Positions 50,858 through 59,632 of a DNA stretch of 64,000 nucleotides are shown one piece after another. The DNA lies in contig CAXXFV010000023.1 of NCBI GenBank assembly GCA_963674595.2, forward strand, positions 224,001-288,000, written 5' to 3'. The translations under genes and the position numbers were made by a program. The first letter of the stretch is position 1, and every line of letters starts with the position of its first letter. This DNA comes from a bacterium. GTDB taxonomy: Bacteria; Zhuqueibacterota; Zhuqueibacteria; Residuimicrobiales; Krinioviventaceae. The notes under the pieces were generated by a model. It did not search any database. It was not told where the DNA came from and saw only the letters and a list, made by a program, of their open reading frames with translations.

Positions 50858-52592
50858 CCTTTAAACTTGGAATGCGAAAAGCAGCCAGAATATCGTTTTG
50901 ACTGATAATTCCCACGAGTAATGAGCGGTCTCTTTTATCAACAACCGGCAGGTAAGTGATGTCACTGCGTTTTTGAAAAATTATCAAAACTTCTCCAAGG
51001 GTTTGTTCCGGATGAACAGCCAGCGGTTCCGGTTTTAATAAATCACGTGCAACAACAATGCTGGAAAGAGATTCATCGACTAAAACATCCCGTATATCAC
51101 TGTAATCCAGTATGCCCAAAAAGTGGTTTTCATCATCAACTATGGGAAATCGATCGTATTTACTGTGTGAAATTAATTTTAATATATTATTAAAGTGTGT
51201 TTTTTCATTTATAGTGTCGACATTCTTTCTCATAACGTGCTGAATAAGAATGTCGGACGGACTTTTGAATTTATGACCTACTGGAATACCCAGTGAACGT
51301 CTGAAATGCTCAAGAACATGATGTAAACCCTCATAAGTCCCTTCCGGTGCACGTTTAACAAGCAATGTTAAAACAGGGACCTCGCCGGAATGCACCAAAG
51401 CATGTCGTACTGAAATAGGACCGATAAGTTCGAAAATTACGACCGATCCTAAAATAAGTGATTGTACTATCATACCGCCTTCCGGCCAAATTTGGGCCAG
51501 CGTTTGCGATAGCCCTATTGCTACTCCTGCCTGGGCCATAAGCGCATAACCCAGCCATTTTCTTTCCACAAGGCCAAATCCACCCAGTTTTGTTCCAATC
51601 CAACTGCCAAAGATTTTACCGGCAATTCGGAAAATAATGTATATCATGCCTAAAAATCCGATATGCGCTAATGCGTCAATATGTAAACTGGCACCGGCAA
51701 TGACAAAAAATAGCACATAAAGTGGATAGTCGATGCTTCTGAGTGCTTCGAATAACATTTTAGATTTTGGTGAAGAGTTGATAATAACAACACCGGCGAT
51801 AAAGCAGTCTAAAAACAGATCAATATGTAATAGCCGGGAGATACCGACGTTGGCAATTACGGCACCAAGTAACAAAAGCTGCATTTCAACCCTTTTTTCC
51901 ATTTTTTGGGCCCAGATACTGATAATAAAACCTGTCAATATTCCAAGTCCAACAGGCGCCAGTAACTTCCAGATGAGTGTGAGATAAGATCCCTGGGCCT
52001 GGAAAAGATAGCGGGTAATAATGTTAAAAGTAATGATAGAAATTAAATTGTTCAAGCCGATGAGGGCCAATACCAGGTCTGTTACCGGGCCGTCTGACTC
52101 ATATTCCCGAATAACAAGCAGTGACGCTGCCGGAGCTGTGGCAATGGAAATAACACCCATGAAAACGGACAAGTATATGGATGTTGTCAACACACTCATG
52201 GAAGAGTGTATCGTGGTTTTTATAAAAAATAAATTTGTTAAAAACAGTGACAAGCCCACTAGAACAAATGTAATAAGGGTCTCTGAAACTGAAAGCACGG
52301 CAAGCCTTTTACCCCAGCGGAGTAACGAGTCTGTTTTAAATTGACTGCCGATTACAAGCATGATCATTGCCAGTGCAATATCGGAGAGTACGATAATATC
52401 ATGAATCGATTCGGCTTTAATTAAGGCCGGGTATCCCAATAATTTTGCTAAAGACGGACCTGTCAGCAAACCGACAATAAGATAGGCCGTTACTTTGGGG
52501 ATATGAATTTTACTTAGTAACCTTGAAAAAATCAGAGCAGCCATAAACGCTGTTCCAATTCCCAGTAAAACATGTCCGTAATGTGTTGTCAA
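50850..52592 (-). CDS. Cation:proton antiporter (CPA2-like) with C-terminal CBS pair, TTG start
   Basis: IPKVTAYLIVGLL-x-GP, ATAPAA, FFVIAGASL, AQAGVAIGL; CBS motifs FPIVD and LPVVD...VGIISQND. Confidence 0.88.
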   Translation of the reverse strand: MTTHYGHVLLGIGTAFMAALIFSRLLSKIHIPKVTAYLIVGLLTGPSLAKLLGYPALIKAESIHDIIVLSDIALAMIMLVIGSQFKTDSLLRWGKRLAVLSVSETLITFVLVGLSLFLTNLFFIKTTIHSSMSVLTTSIYLSVFMGVISIATAPAASLLVIREYESDGPVTDLVLALIGLNNLISIITFNIITRYLFQAQGSYLTLIWKLLAPVGLGILTGFIISIWAQKMEKRVEMQLLLLGAVIANVGISRLLHIDLFLDCFIAGVVIINSSPKSKMLFEALRSIDYPLYVLFFVIAGASLHIDALAHIGFLGMIYIIFRIAGKIFGSWIGTKLGGFGLVERKWLGYALMAQAGVAIGLSQTLAQIWPEGGMIVQSLILGSVVIFELIGPISVRHALVHSGEVPVLTLLVKRAPEGTYEGLHHVLEHFRRSLGIPVGHKFKSPSDILIQHVMRKNVDTINEKTHFNNILKLISHSKYDRFPIVDDENHFLGILDYSDIRDVLVDESLSSIVVARDLLKPEPLAVHPEQTLGEVLIIFQKRSDITYLPVVDKRDRSLLVGIISQNDILAAFRIPSLKDE

Positions 52593-52788
52593 GCGACATC
52601 CTTTCTTGATATTATAATTATAAAATATACCAGATTATATATAATATCAATATTAATATCAAGTTTATTCCTTTTGCCGTTATAAAAGAGATTTGCTATA
52701 AAAACGTATGATAATTAAATTTTTCTTGGATTCTTGCTTTTGATTTTGTTCATTTGAAAAATACAAATTTTTTTAATAAAAAAGAAGG

Positions 52789-54057
52789 ATGTTGATTACT
52801 GTGGAAAAAAATAGACGAGAACCATCAGGCATTTACCGTTGGACTGTTTTGTTTTTTATCAGTTTGGCAATGTTCGGTAATTATTATATTTATGACAGTA
52901 TAAGTCCTCTTGCTGATCTTTTGAAAAATCAGTTGGGATTTTCTGACAGTAATATAGGTTTATTAAATGCGATTTATAGTATTCCCAATGTCATTATGGT
53001 GTTGATCGGCGGAATTCTTATTGATCGTATCGGTACAAAACGCGCTTCGTTTTTGTTTGCCGCTTTTTGCATGATCGGCGCCATTATAACTTCATTACAG
53101 GGAAATGTGGCTTTAATGGCCACCGGACGACTTGTCTTTGGTTTAGGTGCAGAGTCATTGATTGTTGCTATTACAACGGTCATTGCAAAATGGTTCAAGG
53201 GAAAAGAGTTGTCCTTTGCTTTTGGTTTGAATTTAACCATTGCCCGTTTGGGAACATTTGCCGCACTTAATTCACCGACTTGGGCAAAATCTTTATATGT
53301 GAATTGGCAATATCCGTTATTGATTTCTGTTGCTGCCGGTGTAATTTCGGTATTAGCTGTTATTGTCTATTTTTCCATGGAACGTTATGCTGATAAACAT
53401 TTTACAATCAGCGAATCTGATAAAGTTGATAAAGTATCCTGGGGTGAAATTTTTAGAATGAGTCCATCGTTTTGGTATATTACTCTTTTATGTGTTACGT
53501 TTTATTCGGCTGTTTTTCCTTTTCAAACATTTGCCGTCAAGTTTTTTATGGAACATCATGGAATAAGCCGGTCTATGGCAGGATTTACTTCCAGTTTTAT
53601 CACCTTTGCATCCATGATCGGTACACCGCTTTTTGGTTTAATGATTGACCGCATTGGTAAAAGGGCTTCTGTTATGATGCTGGGCTCATTGCTGCTTGTT
53701 CCCGTATATTTATTGTTGGTCTATACGCCGCTTCACCCGCTTGTGCCAATGGTTATGATGGGTATTGCTTTTTCACTTGTTCCTGCATCCATGTGGCCTT
53801 CTGTTGCCTTAATTGTGGAACAAAATAAGCTGGGAACAGCCTATGGTTTAATGACAATGATTCAAAATATAGGACTGGCCGGTTTTAATCTTGTTATTGG
53901 TTTTGCAAATGATCAAACCGGCGGCTATTCTGCCGGAATGTGGATTTTTTCAATATTGGGATTTGCCGGAATGTACTTTGCGTTTATGTTAAAACGTGCT
54001 GATCAAAAATCCGGAAACGGAAGACTCGAAAATAGTACTGTGAAATCGCCTGTTTAA
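52789..54057 (+). CDS. MFS transporter (MFSD1-like)
   Basis: 12 TM helices; GILIDRIG and GLMIDRIGKR motif A; GRLVFGLGAES; FGNYYIYD. Confidence 0.9.
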   Translation: MLITVEKNRREPSGIYRWTVLFFISLAMFGNYYIYDSISPLADLLKNQLGFSDSNIGLLNAIYSIPNVIMVLIGGILIDRIGTKRASFLFAAFCMIGAIITSLQGNVALMATGRLVFGLGAESLIVAITTVIAKWFKGKELSFAFGLNLTIARLGTFAALNSPTWAKSLYVNWQYPLLISVAAGVISVLAVIVYFSMERYADKHFTISESDKVDKVSWGEIFRMSPSFWYITLLCVTFYSAVFPFQTFAVKFFMEHHGISRSMAGFTSSFITFASMIGTPLFGLMIDRIGKRASVMMLGSLLLVPVYLLLVYTPLHPLVPMVMMGIAFSLVPASMWPSVALIVEQNKLGTAYGLMTMIQNIGLAGFNLVIGFANDQTGGYSAGMWIFSILGFAGMYFAFMLKRADQKSGNGRLENSTVKSPV

Positions 54058-54091
54058 TACTGTGAGATAATTAATCGATTATGGAGAAGTT

Positions 54092-54976
54092 ATGAAAAAA
54101 TTTTATTTGTTTATTTTTTGTCTAAGTATTTCATTAATTCAATGTGCTCCACCCCAAAATACTGTTTCAATTATGACATTTAATCTGAGATATGGGACGG
54201 CTGATGATGGTGACAACTCGTGGGAGTTTCGAAAAGACATGCTGATTGAATGTATACAACAATATAACCCGGATATTCTGGGCGTCCAGGAAGCATTACC
54301 CATGCAGATAGAAAAAATATCATCCGCGTTTAAAGATTATAAAGTTTTTGGAGTCGGCAGATATTACAACGTAGAAATTGATGAAAGGCCCCAGGAAAGT
54401 ATGAATGGTGAGTCTTGCAACATTTTTTATAATGCTAAAAAGTTTGAACTTTTGGACCATGGAACCTTTTGGCATAGCGATACTCCGGATGTCCCTGCAA
54501 GCATGACATGGGGAAATAATCTTCCCCGCATTACCACATGGGGCATTCTTAAAGACTTGCAAACAGATAAGCAGTTTGTTGTGTTTAATAACCATTACGA
54601 CGGCCGTGAACCCTGTGCTTCCAATACAACAAAATTAAATTTGAAAAAATGGAAAGAAATTGCCGGAGAAAAACCAAGCATTTTTATGGGAGATTTTAAT
54701 CTCGAACCGTCCTCTGTCGGGCACCAGATGTTTTGCGAGCCTGATCAGAACGATTTATTAAAAGGCAATTTTGTGGATGTTTGGCAAGCATTAAATAAAG
54801 ATGAAGAGAATGCCGGCACTTCTAATGATTTTAACGGCCGGAAAGATAAAGCCCGAATTGACTGGTTTTTGACAACAAAAAACATTAAAGCTGAAAAGAT
54901 TGAAATCGTTTATTTTAATAAAAACGGCCGTTATCCGAGCGACCATTATCCTGTTTACACTGAATTGTCATTTTAA
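54092..54976 (+). CDS. Endonuclease/exonuclease/phosphatase family lipoprotein
   Basis: MTFNLRY, GVQEA, MGDFN, RIDW, PSDHYPV. Confidence 0.9.
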   Translation: MKKFYLFIFCLSISLIQCAPPQNTVSIMTFNLRYGTADDGDNSWEFRKDMLIECIQQYNPDILGVQEALPMQIEKISSAFKDYKVFGVGRYYNVEIDERPQESMNGESCNIFYNAKKFELLDHGTFWHSDTPDVPASMTWGNNLPRITTWGILKDLQTDKQFVVFNNHYDGREPCASNTTKLNLKKWKEIAGEKPSIFMGDFNLEPSSVGHQMFCEPDQNDLLKGNFVDVWQALNKDEENAGTSNDFNGRKDKARIDWFLTTKNIKAEKIEIVYFNKNGRYPSDHYPVYTELSF

Positions 54977-55103
54977 TCGTCCTCAATAAATATTAGGATT
55001 ATTTTGCCGTTAATGTTGTTACGTTAATAGGTTCACATATTTTTTGGTATAAACTGAAAAGGGGGAATTGTTTGAACATATTAACTATAACGGGAGGTCA
55101 GTT

Positions 55104-55517
55104 ATGGCAAAAGTATATTTAACCAGGCGGGTCCATTTTTCCGCATCTCACAGGTTACATACTGACCAGCTTTCCGCTGAAGAAAATTGGCAGCTTTATG
55201 GTCGGTGCAATAACCCCTTGGGACACGGGCATAATTATGAACTTGAAATTACAATTTGCGGTGAACCGGACCCCATAACAGGAATGATAATAGATTTAAA
55301 AGAATTAAAAAATATTGTTGAACAGGAAATTATAGAGCGTGTAGACCATAAACATCTTAATTTTGATGTGGATTTTCTTCAGGGAATCGTTCCGACAGCA
55401 GAAAATATTATTGTAGAATTTTGGAAGATACTTGAAGATAAATTCCCGAATGGAGAGCTCTATGAAATAAAACTTTATGAAACACCAAGAAATATTGCAA
55501 TTTACAGAGGTGAATAA
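55104..55517 (+). CDS. 6-pyruvoyl-tetrahydropterin synthase (eukaryote-like PTPS-II signature)
   Basis: [18 protein letters not shown] (C-x5-HGH), DHKHLN, PTAENI, LYETP; GGAGG RBS before the ATG at 55104. Confidence 0.88.
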   Translation: MAKVYLTRRVHFSASHRLHTDQLSAEENWQLYGRCNNPLGHGHNYELEITICGEPDPITGMIIDLKELKNIVEQEIIERVDHKHLNFDVDFLQGIVPTAENIIVEFWKILEDKFPNGELYEIKLYETPRNIAIYRGE

Positions 55518-55518
55518 T

Positions 55519-56079
55519 ATGTCAAGTGAATTTCAAAAATTGATTCATAGGCAGTTGGAATTGATAGGTGAGGATACAACAAGAGAAGGCCTTTTGCGTA
55601 CCCCCGAACGAGTTGAAAGTGCCTACGAATTTTTAACCACCGGTTACACAGCAGACATTAACGAGATCATTAATAATGCAATTTTTCATGAAGATTGCCG
55701 TGATATGGTTCTGGTCCGTAATATAGAATTTTACAGTTTGTGTGAGCACCACATGCTTCCATTTTATGGTAAATGTCATGTGGCTTATTTGCCCAAAGGT
55801 AAAATTATCGGGCTGAGTAAAATCCCTCGAATTGTTGATGTTTTTGCCCGCAGGTTACAGGTTCAGGAACGTATGACAAACCAAATTGCCAGAAAACTTG
55901 AGGAAATATTAGCTCCGGATGGTATTGCCGTTATTGTGGAAGGAAAACATCTTTGCATGATGATGCGGGGCGTAGAAAAGCAAAACAGTTTTATTACGAC
56001 CAGCGCCATGTTTGGGGCATTCAAGCAGGAGCGTGCGACCCGTATGGAATTACTGAATTTGTTGAACACCAGGGGTTGA
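55519..56079 (+). CDS. folE: GTP cyclohydrolase I
   Basis: [45 protein letters not shown]. Confidence 0.96.
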   Translation: MSSEFQKLIHRQLELIGEDTTREGLLRTPERVESAYEFLTTGYTADINEIINNAIFHEDCRDMVLVRNIEFYSLCEHHMLPFYGKCHVAYLPKGKIIGLSKIPRIVDVFARRLQVQERMTNQIARKLEEILAPDGIAVIVEGKHLCMMMRGVEKQNSFITTSAMFGAFKQERATRMELLNLLNTRG

Positions 56080-56081
56080 TA

Positions 56082-56801
56082 ATGGTTGATAACTCGTTAA
56101 AAGATAAAATAGTTTGGATAACAGGCGGTGGCAGGGGTATTGGCCAGGCTGCGGCAGAAGCTTTTGCAAAAATGGGGAGCAAGGTTGTCGTTTCCGCCCG
56201 AACAGAAGAGCAGGTCATGCAAACCGTCCGTGAAATTCAAAATTCCGGGGGAACTGCGCGTGCCGGTGTTTGCGATGTTACCAAAGCTGACCAGGTCCAA
56301 AATACTGTTAATATGATAAAAGATAATTGGGGAACTGTTGATATTCTGGTAAACAATGCCGGTATTGGCATTTTTAAAAAAATTTTAAATACAACGTTGG
56401 ATGATTGGCAGACCATGCTGGATGTTAATTTAACATCTGCTTTTTTATGCACCCAGGCTGTGCTGCCGGACATGATTGAAAATAAAAATGGCATGATCTT
56501 GAATATTGTTTCTGTTGCCGGAAAACAGCCCTATTATAATTGCGGCGGATATTGTGCTTCAAAATATGGTATGCTTGGTTTTACGGATGTTTTAAGAATG
56601 GAAACCCGGAAACACGGTATAAAGGTTGTTGCCGTATTACCCGGCGCAACAGATACGGATATATGGGGGGACGCAAATGTTGATCGCACATTAATGATGA
56701 CGCCCCAACAGGTTGCGAACTCTATTGTATCGGCTTGTACGACCGCCCCGGACGCAATGGTTGAAGAGATTGTTTTAAGACCTGTCGGTGGTGATTTGTA
56801 A
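56082..56801 (+). CDS. Short-chain dehydrogenase/reductase, probable Chlorobium-type sepiapterin reductase
   Basis: TGGGRGIG, NNAG, YCASK; PGATDTDIWG and C-terminal VEEIVLRPVGGDL resemble the C. tepidum sepiapterin reductase as I recall it; starts 2 nt after the folE stop. Confidence 0.75.
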   Translation: MVDNSLKDKIVWITGGGRGIGQAAAEAFAKMGSKVVVSARTEEQVMQTVREIQNSGGTARAGVCDVTKADQVQNTVNMIKDNWGTVDILVNNAGIGIFKKILNTTLDDWQTMLDVNLTSAFLCTQAVLPDMIENKNGMILNIVSVAGKQPYYNCGGYCASKYGMLGFTDVLRMETRKHGIKVVAVLPGATDTDIWGDANVDRTLMMTPQQVANSIVSACTTAPDAMVEEIVLRPVGGDL

Positions 56802-56837
56802 TTTGTATTTTTATTTTCCAAAATGGGAGAGGTTAAC

Positions 56838-57527
56838 ATGCTAAAATTAACTTATTTTTCTCATGATGCTTTTTTATTACAAAATGCCGATACAAAGTTG
56901 ATTTTTGATCCGTTCCTGACCGGTAATCCCAATGCTGTTATAACTCCGGAAGAAATTAAAACAGATTATGTTTTGCTGACACACGGTCATGGAGATCATT
57001 TGGGCGATGGAATAGCCATTGCCAGTGACAATGATGCTATGATTATCGCTCCATACGAACTGGCCATTTATTGTGGTAAACAGGGGTGCAAAGTCCATCC
57101 CATGCACATCGGCGGAAGTTACCAGTTTCCCTTTGGACGTGTGAAATTGACCATTGCACATCATGGCTCCGGGGCCGATCTTGGCGATGGTGCCTTGTCT
57201 TATATGGGAAATCCATGTGGTTTTCTTGTTACTATTGGCGATAAAACAATTTATCACGCCGGTGATACCGGCCTGTTTATGGATATGAAACTCATTGGCG
57301 CCATGAATGAAATTGATATTGCCCTGTTACCCATTGGTGACAATTTTACAATGGGGATTGATGATGCCGTTAAAGCCGTAGAATTTTTACAGCCGGAATT
57401 AACAATCCCCATGCATTATCAGACTTTTGATGTTATCAATACAGACCCTGATTTGTTTGTTGAAAAAGTTCAGAATATGGGGCTGAACGCAATGGTCCTG
57501 GACTATGGGCAGACCATAGAGTTTTAG
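56838..57527 (+). CDS. Metal-dependent hydrolase, metallo-beta-lactamase fold (UPF0173-like)
   Basis: DPFLTGNP, THGHGDH, YHAGDTGLF-x-DM, LPIGDNFTMG, IPMHY-x-TF. Confidence 0.9.
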   Translation: MLKLTYFSHDAFLLQNADTKLIFDPFLTGNPNAVITPEEIKTDYVLLTHGHGDHLGDGIAIASDNDAMIIAPYELAIYCGKQGCKVHPMHIGGSYQFPFGRVKLTIAHHGSGADLGDGALSYMGNPCGFLVTIGDKTIYHAGDTGLFMDMKLIGAMNEIDIALLPIGDNFTMGIDDAVKAVEFLQPELTIPMHYQTFDVINTDPDLFVEKVQNMGLNAMVLDYGQTIEF

Positions 57528-57618
57528 CTTGACTGACTTGGTTTTTATTAATATATTTTATTTCTTGACAAATATATAGTTAAATCAATTAAGAAATACT
57601 TTACAGTTTTTGAAAGAC

Positions 57619-57663
57619 AAAGGGTAGTTGGAAAGTTATTCTTTATACCGGCTACCTTTTTTT
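57619..57663 (+). terminator. Intrinsic terminator-like hairpin between the hydrolase and the S55 gene
   Basis: AAAGGGTAGTTGG...CCGGCTACCTTT followed by a T-run. Confidence 0.6.
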
Positions 57664-57721
57664 AATCAGGGCTTTTAAGGTGAATTTGATATGAGGTGTT
57701 GTTCTGAGAAAAGTTGAAACG

Positions 57722-59611
57722 TTGCTTTTGGGCTTTGTGGTAATGGTTTGGTGTTTTTTTGCACCTTTATTCGCTTCCGAGTGGAATGCTGAAATTATGC
57801 CCCTCAAGGATGTTCAACCCGGCATGTCGGGCATCGGAAAAACGGTTTTTTATGGGGAAGAAATCGAAGATTTTGGTGTTCAGGTGGTTGATATTATCAA
57901 AGATTTTTACCCCAAAACAGACATTATCCTGGTTCGGTTGACCGGTGCAAAAGCGGAAAAAACAGGTGTTGTCAGCGGAATGAGCGGAAGTCCGGTTTAT
58001 ATCGACGGGAAACTGGTAGGTGCGCTTTCATTAAGGTTTGGCCAATTTATGAAGGAGCCGATAGGCGGGGTTATGCCGATTGAGCACATGTTTAAACTCG
58101 TTTCGAGTGAAAATGTCCGGCAAATTGAAACCGGTCTGTCCGGTGGAAATATCATGTCCTATTTACAATCTGCCTTGATTAAACCGGAGGAAAATTTTTG
58201 GGTAAAACAATTTAAAACGGTCCCTGAAACGAATAGTACATTTCCATCTCTGAAAAATATTCATGCGCCGCTGGTTTTTTCCGGTTTTAATGAAGAAATT
58301 ATTTCCCCCTACCAGGACGTGTTTGAAACGATGGGTTTTAAAGTTATGGCCGGAGGCGGGCAGTCAAGTCAAACAGATGTTCCAAAGGACTTTCAACCCG
58401 GTTCTGCTGTTTCACAAGTGTTTATCAGTGGGGATTATACCATCGAAGCAACAGGAACTGTAACGGCCGTCAATGACCATCGTATCCTTGCCTTTGGACA
58501 CCAGATTTTTAATTTAGGTCCGGTTAATTTCCCCATGTCTCATGCTAAAATTCTTGTTACATTACCGAGTTTAATGGGATCCAGCAAAATGGCGGTTGCA
58601 ACAGATATTGTTGGAACATTTCGTCAGGACAGACTTGCCGGTGTGCTGGGAGACCTCTCCGTATTACCTGAAATGGTCCCGGTTTCTCTTGATATTAATT
58701 CACCAATAGATGGTAAAAACAACTATTCTTTCAAAATGGCTTCCGACCGGTCCCTGAATAACCTGATGCCCTTTTTCCTGCGAATTGCTTTAATCCAGGG
58801 ATTGACAACGGCCCGTTTGTCAAGCAGTAATAATTCATTGTATTTGAACGGAACTATACATTTTTCTGATGGTCGCAAATTAAATTTTAAAGATTTTTTT
58901 TCATCCTATCAAAATTTGGGATTTTTTGCTCCGGGTAATGATGTCACAGCCGTTGGTGATCTGGTTGCCGGTCTTATGGGTGTTCTTATGGTAAACAATT
59001 TTAAAGCACCAGAGGTAACTAAAGTTGATCTGTCTGTGCAAAATGTTCCCGGAGAACATGTTGCCGGTATCAGCAGCATTCAATTGGACAAAGTTGAAGT
59101 TTCCCCCGGAGATTCACTGACTTTGACAATTCGTTTAAAAGATAGTTTTGAAAATAGAAAAAATATTGTCGAAAAAATAAAATTACCTCAAAAAATTTCT
59201 GCAAAAAAGTTAACGCTTATCGTTTCTTGTTCGGAAACGTTGACGCAATATGAAGTACAGGCAAGCCGGTATCGATTTGTTCCGAAAAATTTCAGGCATT
59301 TACTGGAAATATTGTCCAGACGCCGTCAATCCAACAACATTTATATTCAGCTTCGCGCCCGAGAAACAGGCCTTGCCATTAATGATGATGAACTTGTCGG
59401 GCTTCCACCGTCCATTATGAATGTTATGAATTCCGAATCCATTCAGGGTGAAGAAAATGTTATGAATGACAGAGTATTGTATGAGACAAATATCAGTACA
59501 GAATATATGCTGAGGGGCGCAAAAAAAATGAGCGTAAACATTAAACAACCGGCAAAGGCTGTTGTGCCGTCCTTTGATGAAGAAACTCCGAAAGAAACTT
59601 TTTTCTGGTAA
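57722..59611 (+). CDS. SpoIVB-like peptidase S55 domain protein (exported); start may be slightly upstream
   Basis: Signal peptide; PGMSGIGKTVF, GVVSGMSGSPVYIDGKLVGA, ILAFGHQ, QDRLAG. Confidence 0.85.
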   Translation: MLLGFVVMVWCFFAPLFASEWNAEIMPLKDVQPGMSGIGKTVFYGEEIEDFGVQVVDIIKDFYPKTDIILVRLTGAKAEKTGVVSGMSGSPVYIDGKLVGALSLRFGQFMKEPIGGVMPIEHMFKLVSSENVRQIETGLSGGNIMSYLQSALIKPEENFWVKQFKTVPETNSTFPSLKNIHAPLVFSGFNEEIISPYQDVFETMGFKVMAGGGQSSQTDVPKDFQPGSAVSQVFISGDYTIEATGTVTAVNDHRILAFGHQIFNLGPVNFPMSHAKILVTLPSLMGSSKMAVATDIVGTFRQDRLAGVLGDLSVLPEMVPVSLDINSPIDGKNNYSFKMASDRSLNNLMPFFLRIALIQGLTTARLSSSNNSLYLNGTIHFSDGRKLNFKDFFSSYQNLGFFAPGNDVTAVGDLVAGLMGVLMVNNFKAPEVTKVDLSVQNVPGEHVAGISSIQLDKVEVSPGDSLTLTIRLKDSFENRKNIVEKIKLPQKISAKKLTLIVSCSETLTQYEVQASRYRFVPKNFRHLLEILSRRRQSNNIYIQLRARETGLAINDDELVGLPPSIMNVMNSESIQGEENVMNDRVLYETNISTEYMLRGAKKMSVNIKQPAKAVVPSFDEETPKETFFW

Positions 59612-59632
59612 TCAGGTAGATAAAAAGGTTTA

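Noticed and set aside
55104-55517. Calling this gene queD because queH is in the window
   Set aside because: The active-site spacing is C-x5-HGH and the context is folE plus an SDR, with no queC/queE adjacent; queH is 10 kb away on the other strand.
57722-59611. Evidence for endospore formation
   Set aside because: S55 domains occur in non-sporulating phyla, the architecture differs from SpoIVB, and no other sporulation gene is present.
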